Source: an uncultured candidatus Porisulfidus sp. (GTDB taxonomy: Bacteria > Pseudomonadota > Gammaproteobacteria > Poriferisulfidales > Poriferisulfidaceae). From it: 64,000 bases of DNA. The notes beneath the pieces are model-generated. The model made no database searches. It saw only the letters and a list, made by a program, of their open reading frames with translations, and was not told where the DNA came from. The stretch covers positions 1,696,001 to 1,760,000 of the forward strand of contig OZ220480.1 of the NCBI GenBank assembly GCA_965116025.1, in the 5' to 3' direction. Position 1 is the first letter of the stretch. Every line of letters starts with the position of its first letter. This document shows, in pieces, positions 51,496 to 60,094 of the stretch. A program made the translations under genes and the position numbers.

Positions 51496-51501
51496 ATTAT
51501 A
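51496..51501 (-). promoter_or_regulatory. -10 element (TATAAT) of the autotransporter gene
   Basis: Perfect TATAAT about 43 nt upstream of ATG 51453, followed by a purine-rich leader (GGGAGATACGAGAGAG). Confidence 0.55.
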
Positions 51502-51590
51502 AACGCATTTGAGAGGCGCAGGAAATAGCCTGCGGTTTCGGACCGCGACAGAAAGGCCGAAATCAGAACGCCGAAGCTCACGCTTACCGT

Positions 51591-52061
51591 TCAAGCGGCG
51601 ACCAGTATCCATTCGATCATGCCAAGCACTAGCATGGTGAGAACCCCGGCCAGCAAATCGTCGAGCATAATCCCGACTCCTCCGCTAAACCGACGCTCCA
51701 CCCAGCCGACAGGCCCCGGTTTCAGGATATCGAGAAAACGGAAAATCACGAACCCCGCGACCGCCCACGCTAACCCGCGCGGCGCCGCCGCCATGGCGAC
51801 TAAATAGCCAGCCATCTCATCCCAAACCACCTCTTTCGGGTCCCGATTTCCCAAAGATCGGGCCGCCTGTTCGCACAGCCAGATTCCTGCCAGTAGCATG
51901 ATTCCCAGCGCGAGAGCGTAAATATACCAAGGATGCTTGGACAGCCCGAAATAAAGCGTGGCTCCAAGCAAGGTTCCCGCGGTGCCCGGAAATTTCGGGC
52001 AGTAGCCAACTCCGAAGCCGGTCGCCAGAAAAACGGTCAAGCGTTGCCATGTGACGCGCAT
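51591..52061 (-). CDS. pgpA: Phosphatidylglycerophosphatase A
   Basis: GFGVG..PKFPGTAGT, DPKEVVWDEMAG, FRFLDILKP, GIMLDDLLAG. Confidence 0.93.
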   Translation of the reverse strand: MRVTWQRLTVFLATGFGVGYCPKFPGTAGTLLGATLYFGLSKHPWYIYALALGIMLLAGIWLCEQAARSLGNRDPKEVVWDEMAGYLVAMAAAPRGLAWAVAGFVIFRFLDILKPGPVGWVERRFSGGVGIMLDDLLAGVLTMLVLGMIEWILVAA

Positions 52062-52067
52062 GCCCAG

Positions 52068-53015
52068 TCAAGCGTCGTTGAAATGGTCGTAACCGAGCCG
52101 AGGCGGCAACGACACTGGCTCGCCTTCCAGCGTCAAGCTTAATTCCTCGCTTGAGGACACGGTCCCGATTCCGCTGACCTGCACGCCAAGCTGATCGCCA
52201 ATTTTCAGGATTTTCTCCCACTCGGATTCCGGAGCCGTGAACACCAGTTCGTAATCCTCACCTCCTCCCAAGATTGAAAACCAATCCCCGGCCACCCTTC
52301 GCTCCGTGGCGACTGACACGGATACTGGGATATCCGCCAGCTCCACCGAGGCGCCTTTTCCACTCCGTTTCAGCAATCGTCCCAAATCTTTCAGGATGCC
52401 GTCCGAAATATCCATGGCCGCGTGCGCGTGGCCGCGTGCGCGGTGCCCGAATTCCAGTCTGGGCCGTGGTCGCCGCAACCGCTCTCCACATCTCTCCAGC
52501 CCGGCACGTCCTGGATGGAGCCGAGCCAAGGCCGCGTCCCCCACTGTTCCGGTGACCCCGATTCTGTCCCCGACCTTCGCCGCGTCGCGCCGAAGGGGTG
52601 GCGCGTCCCCTTCCAGGGAGCCAATGACCGTAATGCATGCGCCAAGCTCGCCCCGGGAAAGATCTCCTCCGGCCAGCGCGATCCCATGTTCCCGAGCCAG
52701 TTCCCTGATTCCCTCGCTGAAAGCGGCGACCCATCTCTCGTCGATTCGCGGCATGGAAAGTCCCAGCGTGAAGCACACTGGAGTAGCTCCCATCGCGGCC
52801 AAATCGCTGAGATTGACCGCCAATGCCTTATAGCCAAGATCGACAGGATCATCCCCCGGGTCGAAGTGCGCGCCCTGCAGGAACAGATCCGTGCTGATCG
52901 CGCATTTTCCGGGCGGCGGCGTTAGCAACGCCGCGTCGTCTCCCGGCCCCAAAATAAGTGTTGGCGAATCCGCGTCGAAGCTGAAATACCTTTCGATTAG
53001 CGTATCTTCGTCCAT
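52068..53015 (-). CDS. thiL: Thiamine-monophosphate kinase
   Basis: GPGDDAA, AVNLSDLAAMGA, GGD, MDISDG, GGEDYELVFT, GYDHF. Confidence 0.95.
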   Translation of the reverse strand: MDEDTLIERYFSFDADSPTLILGPGDDAALLTPPPGKCAISTDLFLQGAHFDPGDDPVDLGYKALAVNLSDLAAMGATPVCFTLGLSMPRIDERWVAAFSEGIRELAREHGIALAGGDLSRGELGACITVIGSLEGDAPPLRRDAAKVGDRIGVTGTVGDAALARLHPGRAGLERCGERLRRPRPRLEFGHRARGHAHAAMDISDGILKDLGRLLKRSGKGASVELADIPVSVSVATERRVAGDWFSILGGGEDYELVFTAPESEWEKILKIGDQLGVQVSGIGTVSSSEELSLTLEGEPVSLPPRLGYDHFNDA

Positions 53016-53057
53016 CTTGGATTCGAGGGGGCGAGCGCCCGACTGCTCGGAAGGCCG

Positions 53058-53522
53058 TCAGGCCGCGCGCAAGTCCGCCGACGCTCGGTCAAGGACGGCG
53101 TTGACGTATTTACCGCCTTTCTCCGTGCCGAACTTTCCGGCCAGCTGGGTCGCCTCGGACAGAATCACGGCGGTGGGGATTTCCTGGAAATGCAGCAGCT
53201 CGTAGCATGCGAAGCGGAGTACCGCGCGCTCCACCGGGTCCAAGCGCCGCATGGGGCGGTCGAGGATCGGGGCCAGCCGCTCCTGGAGAGCCTCCTCAGA
53301 GTCCACGACGCCGCGCACCAGTTGCCGGAAATAGTTCGAATCGGCTCGCAGGATGTCGTCTTTGCGCGAGAATTGGTCCAGCAAACCCGGGACATCGTCT
53401 CCCGAGACATCCCACTGGTAAAGCGCCTGCAGAGCGAGGCGGCGAGCCCAGTGGCGCCCGCGGCGCTCGGCTCGGTCTTTCTCGAACGATGAGGAAGACT
53501 CAGTCATCATCGTCATCGTCAT
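53058..53522 (-). CDS. nusB: Transcription antitermination factor NusB (several candidate ATGs at the 5' end)
   Basis: ARRLALQALYQW, LDPVERAVLR, KYVNAVLD. Confidence 0.93.
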   Translation of the reverse strand: MTMTMMTESSSSFEKDRAERRGRHWARRLALQALYQWDVSGDDVPGLLDQFSRKDDILRADSNYFRQLVRGVVDSEEALQERLAPILDRPMRRLDPVERAVLRFACYELLHFQEIPTAVILSEATQLAGKFGTEKGGKYVNAVLDRASADLRAA

Positions 53523-54075
53523 CGATATCTTCCATGATCTCGCCGAGAGTCTCGATCATCTCCAGCGCCGCCACGGCCGCTTCCGCCCCCTTATTGCTGA
53601 CTTTCCGGCCGTCCTCGATTCTGGGCGCGGGATCTTGCCAGTCCTCTAGCAAGGCCGACCGTCGCTCGGCCTGCTCCCGAGTGTTGGTCGTCAGCACTCC
53701 GAAAAGAATCGGCACGTCCTCGCGCCGGGCCAGGCGGGCGAGATTGCGGGCGCATTCCGCCGCCACGTAGTCGAAATGGGGAGTCTCCCCACGGATGACG
53801 CAACCCAGCGCGATGATGGCGTCATACATCCCGGTTTCCACGCACAGCCGCGTCGCCGTGGCCAGCTCGAGGGCGCCGGGCACCCGAACGAGATCGACGC
53901 TCTCAATGTCGGCTCCACGCGCGACCAGCGTGGCGGTCGCGCCCTCGATCAGGCGATTGACGATCGGCTCGTTGAAGCGAGACGCGACTAGGGCGAATCC
54001 CATACCCGCGTCGGCCAACGCGCGTTTCTCTTCCAGATCGCGGATCTGATCGTAGTGCGTCAAGGAATCGTTCAT
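53500..54075 (-). CDS. ribH: 6,7-dimethyl-8-ribityllumazine synthase
   Basis: SRFN, VPGALE, ALGCVIRGETPHFDYV, FGVLTT..EQAERRS, NKGAEAA. Confidence 0.93.
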   Translation of the reverse strand: MNDSLTHYDQIRDLEEKRALADAGMGFALVASRFNEPIVNRLIEGATATLVARGADIESVDLVRVPGALELATATRLCVETGMYDAIIALGCVIRGETPHFDYVAAECARNLARLARREDVPILFGVLTTNTREQAERRSALLEDWQDPAPRIEDGRKVSNKGAEAAVAALEMIETLGEIMEDIDDDDDDD

Positions 54076-55175
54076 CGCTCTATGTGCTCCATAACTTCAA
54101 GGCCAAACCCGCCGAGCCCATGAAGAACCTGCGGCGCGCTCATCAACCGCATCCGGCGAACCCCGAGGTCCGCCAGGATTTGGGAGCCGGCCCCCAGCAT
54201 CCGGCGATCCGTCTGGGTCGCCCGCTCGCGGGCCGGCTCAGGACTATTGTGCAGCATCCGGATGCGCTTTAGCAAGCGCCCCGAGGATTCCGGCCAGCGC
54301 AGAATCACCGCCACCCCTTGGCCTTCGGAGGCGATTCGCCGTAGCGCGTCGCGTAACGGCCAGCCCAAATCCGGAGCCGTCGCCATCGCCACGTCACCCA
54401 AGGTGTTCTGCACGTGCACGCGCACCAGAATCGCGTCCCCAGGATCCGGAGTCCCGGCGACCAGCGCCAAGTGCACCGTGTCGACCGTCAGGTCCTCGTA
54501 GGCGATCAGCTCGAATTCTCCGTACGCGGTCGCCAAGCGGCAGCTGGCGCCGCGGCGCACGGTCGGCTCGCGCTCGACCCGATAGCGAATCAGGTTCTCG
54601 ATCGTGCCGACCTTGAGGCCATGCTCCAGCGCCAGCTCCTCCAGCTGCGGTCGCCGCGCCATCGTGCCGTCCTCGTTCAGGATCTCCACGATGACGGCCG
54701 CGGGCTCCAATCCGGCGAGCCGGGCCAGATCGCATCCGCCTTCGGTGTGTCCGGCCCGTGTCAAGACGCCGCCAGGCTGTTGCATCAGGCACTGCAGGTG
54801 TCCGGGCTGGTGAATGTCACCCGGCCGCGCGTCCGCCGCGACGGCGGTCCGGATCGTCGTCGCACGATCTTGCGCGGACACTCCCGTGCTGATCCCCTCT
54901 CGCGCATCGATAGTGAACGTGAAATTCGTGCGATGCGTCTCGTCCGTGGCCGGATCCATCAGGGGCAGGTCCAGCCGCCGGCAACGCTCAGGCGTCAAGG
55001 CCAGGCATAACAGGCCGCGTCCGTGGCGAGTCATGAAATTGATGTGCTCCGCCGTCGCGAGCGAGGCGGCGACCACCAGATCCCCCTCATTCTCGCGCGC
55101 CTCGTCATCGGCCAGCACGATCATCCGGCCTGCGCGCAAGTCCTGGATCAACTCCTCGGTCGTGTAAAAATTCAT
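54072..55175 (-). CDS. ribB: 3,4-dihydroxy-2-butanone-4-phosphate synthase fused to a degenerate GTP cyclohydrolase II domain (RibBX-like)
   Basis: DDEARENEGDL, GISTGVSAQDRA, RAGHTEG, EDGTMAR; the C-terminal domain lacks the Zn-binding cysteines. Confidence 0.88.
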   Translation of the reverse strand: MNFYTTEELIQDLRAGRMIVLADDEARENEGDLVVAASLATAEHINFMTRHGRGLLCLALTPERCRRLDLPLMDPATDETHRTNFTFTIDAREGISTGVSAQDRATTIRTAVAADARPGDIHQPGHLQCLMQQPGGVLTRAGHTEGGCDLARLAGLEPAAVIVEILNEDGTMARRPQLEELALEHGLKVGTIENLIRYRVEREPTVRRGASCRLATAYGEFELIAYEDLTVDTVHLALVAGTPDPGDAILVRVHVQNTLGDVAMATAPDLGWPLRDALRRIASEGQGVAVILRWPESSGRLLKRIRMLHNSPEPARERATQTDRRMLGAGSQILADLGVRRMRLMSAPQVLHGLGGFGLEVMEHIER

Positions 55176-55777
55176 GTCTGGCCGCGCTCCTCCAAAAGAC
55201 GCTCCAGATATCTCGCCAGCATGTCGACTTCCAGATTGACTCGCTGGCCCACTCGGTACTCGCCCGCCAGGCTGGCCGCGCGGGTGTGAGGGATCAGCAT
55301 GACATCGAAAGCGTCCGCGCTGACCTCGGTGACGGTCAGGCTGACGCCGTCCACGCAGATCGATCCGCGCGGGACCAAATACCTTCCGATCTCCCTTGGA
55401 GCCGACACTTCCACGCGACGGCTCTCTCCCTTCGGCTGGATGGACGCGACATCGCCTACCGCGTCGACATGCCCGCTCACGAAATGTCCCCCCAGCGGCT
55501 CGCCGACGCGCAAGGCCGGCTCCAGGTTGACGTTTCGCCCGACTTCCATCTCTCCCAGCGTGGTGCGCGCGAGCGTCTCGAGACTCACGTCCACGTCGAA
55601 GCTCTTTTCTCGGACCGCGCGGGCGGTCAGGCAGACTCCGTTGATGGCGACGCTGTCGCCTTCCCGGATTTCCCGCAGTCGATCCCCCGCCGGGAGCCGG
55701 ACGCGCGCGCGGCGGCCCGAGGCCGTGTCCTCCATGGCCAGCACCTGACCTTTCGCCGCGATCAGTCCCGTGAACAT
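55172..55777 (-). CDS. ribE: Riboflavin synthase (alpha chain; symbol ribE or ribC depending on nomenclature)
   Basis: MFTGL, GDSVAINGVCLT, GGHFVSGHVD, GSICVDGVSLT, VNLEVD. Confidence 0.95.
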   Translation of the reverse strand: MFTGLIAAKGQVLAMEDTASGRRARVRLPAGDRLREIREGDSVAINGVCLTARAVREKSFDVDVSLETLARTTLGEMEVGRNVNLEPALRVGEPLGGHFVSGHVDAVGDVASIQPKGESRRVEVSAPREIGRYLVPRGSICVDGVSLTVTEVSADAFDVMLIPHTRAASLAGEYRVGQRVNLEVDMLARYLERLLEERGQT

Positions 55778-56892
55778 CAGCGATTTCGCTGGTACGTGAC
55801 GCGGATATCCGGATCCAGCGCGTGGACGTCCCGCAGGGTCCAGCCCGGATTTTCCGGCAGATCCTCGGCTGGCGGCAGCGTCGCCAAGGGCGCCGCGCCC
55901 GCGCCCAGCAGGCGAGGCGCGATGTATATCATCAACTCGTCGACCAGATCTTCCTGGAGCAACGCTCCCACGAACTTTGGCCCGGCCTCGACCTGCACAT
56001 CATTGATTTCATGGTCGGTCGCCAAGCTCGACAGCGTCGCTCCCAGGTCCAGCCCCTTCCGCGTCGCCGGAACAGTCCGGACCTCGGCCTTTTCCGAGAT
56101 TCTCTCCCTGATTTCTCGGGCTCGCTCTTTCAAGGTGTAGACGACGCGGGGTCCCGGCGTGGACCAGAGCGCGAGATCCTCCGAGCACTCCCCTTTTCGG
56201 TCCATAATGACGCGCAACGGTTGGCGAATTCGATCCACCCCCAACTCCCGCGCATCGAGACGAACGTTGAGCCGGGCGTTATCCCGGCGCGCGGTCGCGG
56301 CCGTCGACAGCACCGCGCCGACGCTAGCGCGCTGCCGTTGCACGTCGGCCCGCGCGCTCTTTCCAGTGATCCACTGGCTACGTCCATTCGCTAGCGCCGT
56401 TCCGCCATCCAGGCTCATCGCCTGCTTGACGCGGACCCAGGGCAGCCCGGTCATCATGCGCCGCCAGAATCCTCGGTTCAGCGCTCGCGTCCGCTCGGCT
56501 CCAACGCCAATCACGCATTCGACGCCCGCCCGCCTCAGCGTTTCATGTCCGCGTCCGCGCACCAAAGGATTCGGGTCCTCGCAAGCCGAGACGACTCGCG
56601 CGATTCCGGCCTTGATGATATTCGGCGCGCACGGCGCCGCGCGTCCTTCGTGCGCGCAGGGCTCGAGCGTCACGTACATCGTGGCGCCGCGCGCTCGGTC
56701 TCCCGCTCGCCTCAGTGCCTGGGGCTCGGCGTGGGCCTCTCCGGCGCGACGATGAAACCCGCGCCCGATCACCGTTCCGTCCGCCACCACGAGGCATCCG
56801 ACGCAGGGATTGGGCGCGGCGGTGTAGCGGCCGCGCGCCGCCAGCTCCAGAGCCTCTTCCATGAAACGCTCGTCCGCCTCCCGATCCGTCAT
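55777..56892 (-). CDS. ribD: Bifunctional riboflavin deaminase/reductase
   Basis: PNPCVGC, HAE, VTLEPCAHEGRAAPC, SLDG, SQWIT, VEAG. Confidence 0.95.
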   Translation of the reverse strand: MTDREADERFMEEALELAARGRYTAAPNPCVGCLVVADGTVIGRGFHRRAGEAHAEPQALRRAGDRARGATMYVTLEPCAHEGRAAPCAPNIIKAGIARVVSACEDPNPLVRGRGHETLRRAGVECVIGVGAERTRALNRGFWRRMMTGLPWVRVKQAMSLDGGTALANGRSQWITGKSARADVQRQRASVGAVLSTAATARRDNARLNVRLDARELGVDRIRQPLRVIMDRKGECSEDLALWSTPGPRVVYTLKERAREIRERISEKAEVRTVPATRKGLDLGATLSSLATDHEINDVQVEAGPKFVGALLQEDLVDELMIYIAPRLLGAGAAPLATLPPAEDLPENPGWTLRDVHALDPDIRVTYQRNR

Positions 56893-57425
56893 GACGTCAA
56901 GCCGTCCGGAGGCTCTCCTCCAAGCGACAGCTCGCGCTGCCTGCGCCGCGCCGATTCCGGCAGCGCGTTGGCCTCGCGCTCCAGCAATTGCCGCCATTGC
57001 GCGATCGTGGTGACCCCCTCGAATATCGAGGCGTACAGGATGCAAGCGATCTGGTCCCGCGCCCGCAACTCATCGATCACCCACAATCCCAGAACCCGGC
57101 TTGGCACCTTTTTGCTAGGGTAGGCTCGCGCCCGGTCACATACGTTGCGGATCACGTCTTCTATGGCGTCCGGGCTAACCGGACGACTGCGCGTCGCCAT
57201 CTCGATGCTTCGGGTCAGCTTCTCGGCATCGAAGGCCTGCGGAGCCGACTGGCCTTTTTTGACGATGTCCGGAAGTTTCAGTTCCGGCCGCTCGTAGGTC
57301 GTGAAGCGCTTCCGCTCGCACATCGGATTCAGGCACTCTCGGCGGCGGCGTATCCACCTGCCATCCTTAACGGGGCGGGAGTCCAGCACCTTCGTGTCGG
57401 CGCTATTGCAGAACGGACAGCGCAC
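56889..57425 (-). CDS. nrdR: Transcriptional repressor NrdR
   Basis: GTG start; RCPFC..TKVLDSR..IRRRRECL..C..RFTTYE, ATP-cone; glyA-nrdR-ribD order. Confidence 0.9.
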   Translation of the reverse strand: MRCPFCNSADTKVLDSRPVKDGRWIRRRRECLNPMCERKRFTTYERPELKLPDIVKKGQSAPQAFDAEKLTRSIEMATRSRPVSPDAIEDVIRNVCDRARAYPSKKVPSRVLGLWVIDELRARDQIACILYASIFEGVTTIAQWRQLLEREANALPESARRRQRELSLGGEPPDGLTS

Positions 57426-57465
57426 GAAGTCTCCTCGCAGGCGCCCCGCTCTCGACCCGGGCGGG

Positions 57466-58725
57466 TCAGTCGGCTTCGTACACCGGGTAGCGCGCGCAGA
57501 GAGCCCGCACGCGGTCCCGCACGCGGTCGATCATGGAGTCATCGCTCAGATCGTCAATGATGTCGCACATCCAGCCCGCCAACGCCCGGCACTCCTCTTC
57601 CTGAAAGCCTCGGGTGGTCACGGCGGGCGTTCCGACCCGAATGCCGCTGGTGACGAACGGAGATTTCGGGTCGTTGGGCACGGTGTTCTTGTTCACCGTG
57701 ATGCGCGCTTTCCCAAGCGCCGCGTCGACTTCCTTGCCGGTTAGTCCTTGGGTGATGAAATCGACCAGAAACAGGTGGTCGTCGGTGCCGCCGGACACGA
57801 CCTTGTAGCCGCGCTCGAGGAACGTCTCGGCCATGGCCTTGGCGTTGGCCAGAACCTGGCGCTGGTAGTCCCGGAACTCGGGACGCATGGCCTCCCGAAA
57901 CGCCACCGCCTTGGCGGCGATGACATGCATCAGCGGCCCGCCCTGCATTCCGGGAAACACCATGGAGTTGATCTTCTTGGTGATCTCCTCGTTCTCGCGG
58001 GCGATAATGAAGCCGCTGCGCGGACCGCGCAACGTCTTGTGCGTGGTCGACGTCACCACGTCGGCGACCGGCACCGGGCTCGGATAGAGGTCCGCCGCGA
58101 TCAGGCCGGAGACATGCGCCATGTCGACCATCAGCAGGGCGCCAACGGAATCGCAGATCTCGCGGAAACGGCCCCAGTCCATGACGCGCGAGTATGCGGA
58201 AAACCCGGCCACGATCATCTTCGGGCGATGCTCGGTGGCCAGCCTCGCCACCTGATCGTAATCCACCTCGCCAGTTTCCGGATCCAATCCGTACTGGACC
58301 GCGTTGTAGTTCTGGCCGGAAAAATTGACATGCGCGCCATGCGTGAGATGGCCGCCGTGCGCCAGGGCCATGCCCAGCAAGACGTCGCCCGGCTCCAGCA
58401 GCGCCGTGTACACCGCCGCGTTGGCCTGCGACCCGGAGTGCGGCTGCACGTTGGCGTAGTCCGCCCGATACAACTCGCAAGCTCGCTCGATCGCCAGCCG
58501 CTCGACCACGTCCACATGCTCGCAACCTCCATAGTAGCGTTTGGCGGGATAGCCTTCCGCGTACTTGTTGGTCAACGCCGATCCCTGGGCCTCCAGCACG
58601 CGAGGGCTGGCGTAGTTCTCGGAGGCGATCAACTCGATGTGCTCTTCCTGGCGAAGGCGTTCCGCCTCCATCGCCGTGGCGAGTTCTGGGTCGAAGCCCG
58701 CTATGGTCAAGTTTTTCTTAAACAT
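57466..58725 (-). CDS. glyA: Serine hydroxymethyltransferase
   Basis: [51 protein letters not shown]. Confidence 0.97.
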   Translation of the reverse strand: MFKKNLTIAGFDPELATAMEAERLRQEEHIELIASENYASPRVLEAQGSALTNKYAEGYPAKRYYGGCEHVDVVERLAIERACELYRADYANVQPHSGSQANAAVYTALLEPGDVLLGMALAHGGHLTHGAHVNFSGQNYNAVQYGLDPETGEVDYDQVARLATEHRPKMIVAGFSAYSRVMDWGRFREICDSVGALLMVDMAHVSGLIAADLYPSPVPVADVVTSTTHKTLRGPRSGFIIARENEEITKKINSMVFPGMQGGPLMHVIAAKAVAFREAMRPEFRDYQRQVLANAKAMAETFLERGYKVVSGGTDDHLFLVDFITQGLTGKEVDAALGKARITVNKNTVPNDPKSPFVTSGIRVGTPAVTTRGFQEEECRALAGWMCDIIDDLSDDSMIDRVRDRVRALCARYPVYEAD

Positions 58726-58756
58726 GAGCGATCCTGTCAAAACGTCGAACGCGGCA

Positions 58757-59161
58757 TTATACGGGGTCGCTCGCGCCAGACCGCGTCTCGCGCTCGGCCA
58801 GCCGCAACAAAACCTCGGGCATGCTCGCCTCGGCGCCCAAGTGCTCGCGCAGGTAGATGGCGATGCCCGGGTGCCGCGCGCGCGCCTGATCGAGCGCGGC
58901 CGGGATATCGTCGCGGACATGCCGCCCGGCCGCCAGAAAATATGGCAAGACCCACAGTTGCGCCGCGCCCTGCGCGACGCAAACGTCGATCCCAGTCGGG
59001 ATATCAGGTGCCGCGGCCTCTAGGAAGGCATGCGTAACGACCTCGAAACGCCCGCCAGACGCTTCGCGCAACCGTTCCGCCAGCTGAGCGACCTCTGCGT
59101 TGGCCCGCTCCACGCGGGAGCCGTGCGCGACCAATAGCAGGGCGCGTTTCCCAGAGTTCAC
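58757..59161 (-). CDS. Short CbiX/SirB-family tetrapyrrole chelatase
   Basis: GTG overlapping the kdsB stop; [29 protein letters not shown]. Confidence 0.85.
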   Translation of the reverse strand: MNSGKRALLLVAHGSRVERANAEVAQLAERLREASGGRFEVVTHAFLEAAAPDIPTGIDVCVAQGAAQLWVLPYFLAAGRHVRDDIPAALDQARARHPGIAIYLREHLGAEASMPEVLLRLAERETRSGASDPV

Positions 59162-59883
59162 GCCAAAGCCTCCAGCTCGGCGCGGACGCGCTCCAGATCC
59201 TCTGGCGTATCCACTCCCGGCGGCGACGCCTCGACACCCGTCTCGACATGGACGCGAAGGCCATGATGCAACATCCGGCACTGCTCCAGCGATTCCTCGA
59301 TCTCCCGCGGCGCGGGCGGCAGGTTGGCGTAGCGCGCGAGCCCAGCCGCCCGATACGCGTAAATCCCCAAATGCCGCTGGCATCGCGCCGCCGCGACTCT
59401 CGGCGCCCGACCGAACCCCTCAGCGTAGCCCTCCGCGTCCCGCCATACCTTGACCACCTGCGGGCGCTCCCAGTCTCCCTTCTCTAGCGGCTCGCTCAGG
59501 GTCGCCGCGAAAGCGTCCGCGCGCGCGGACAGATTTCCCGCTGCTTGGGCGATCAGCGCGGACGGTAACGCCGGCTCGTCCGCTTGCACGTTCACCACGA
59601 TGGAGTCGTCGTCCCAGTCCATTCGCTCGAGTATCTCGCCCAGCCGGGACGTGCCGTTCGGATGGTCCGGGCGGGTCATCCACACCGTCGCGCCGAAAGA
59701 TCGGGCGCAATCGGCCACCGCCTCGTCCGCCGCGGCGATCACCACGGAGGCCGCCCCGCTACGTCGCGCGCGCTCGAAAACCCAGCGCAACATCGGTCGC
59801 CCAGCGATCTCCAGCAGGGGCTTGCCCGGCAGCCGGCTAGAGGCGCTTCGCGCCGGAATCGCCACGTGGAACGGATCCGTCAT
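59158..59883 (-). CDS. kdsB: 3-deoxy-manno-octulosonate cytidylyltransferase
   Basis: [49 protein letters not shown]. Confidence 0.93.
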   Translation of the reverse strand: MTDPFHVAIPARSASSRLPGKPLLEIAGRPMLRWVFERARRSGAASVVIAAADEAVADCARSFGATVWMTRPDHPNGTSRLGEILERMDWDDDSIVVNVQADEPALPSALIAQAAGNLSARADAFAATLSEPLEKGDWERPQVVKVWRDAEGYAEGFGRAPRVAAARCQRHLGIYAYRAAGLARYANLPPAPREIEESLEQCRMLHHGLRVHVETGVEASPPGVDTPEDLERVRAELEALA

Positions 59884-60077
59884 GACGCGGACCGATAGCT
59901 CCGGCATTCCTCTTCCGTCAGCTCCCGCGCCTCCTCCTCTAGCAACACCGGAATGTCGTCTCGAATCGGATACGCCAAGCGGCCGGACAGCGAGATCAGT
60001 TCCTGCCGCGCGCGGTCATACCGGAGCGGGCCCTTGGTGACCGGGCAGACCAAAATGTCCAGCAGTCTCTCGTCCAT
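59880..60077 (-). CDS. Trm112-like protein (YcaR/UPF0434)
   Basis: [14 protein letters not shown]...[16 protein letters not shown]. Confidence 0.9.
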   Translation of the reverse strand: MDERLLDILVCPVTKGPLRYDRARQELISLSGRLAYPIRDDIPVLLEEEARELTEEECRSYRSAS

Positions 60078-60094
60078 CTATCTCGACCTTTCGC

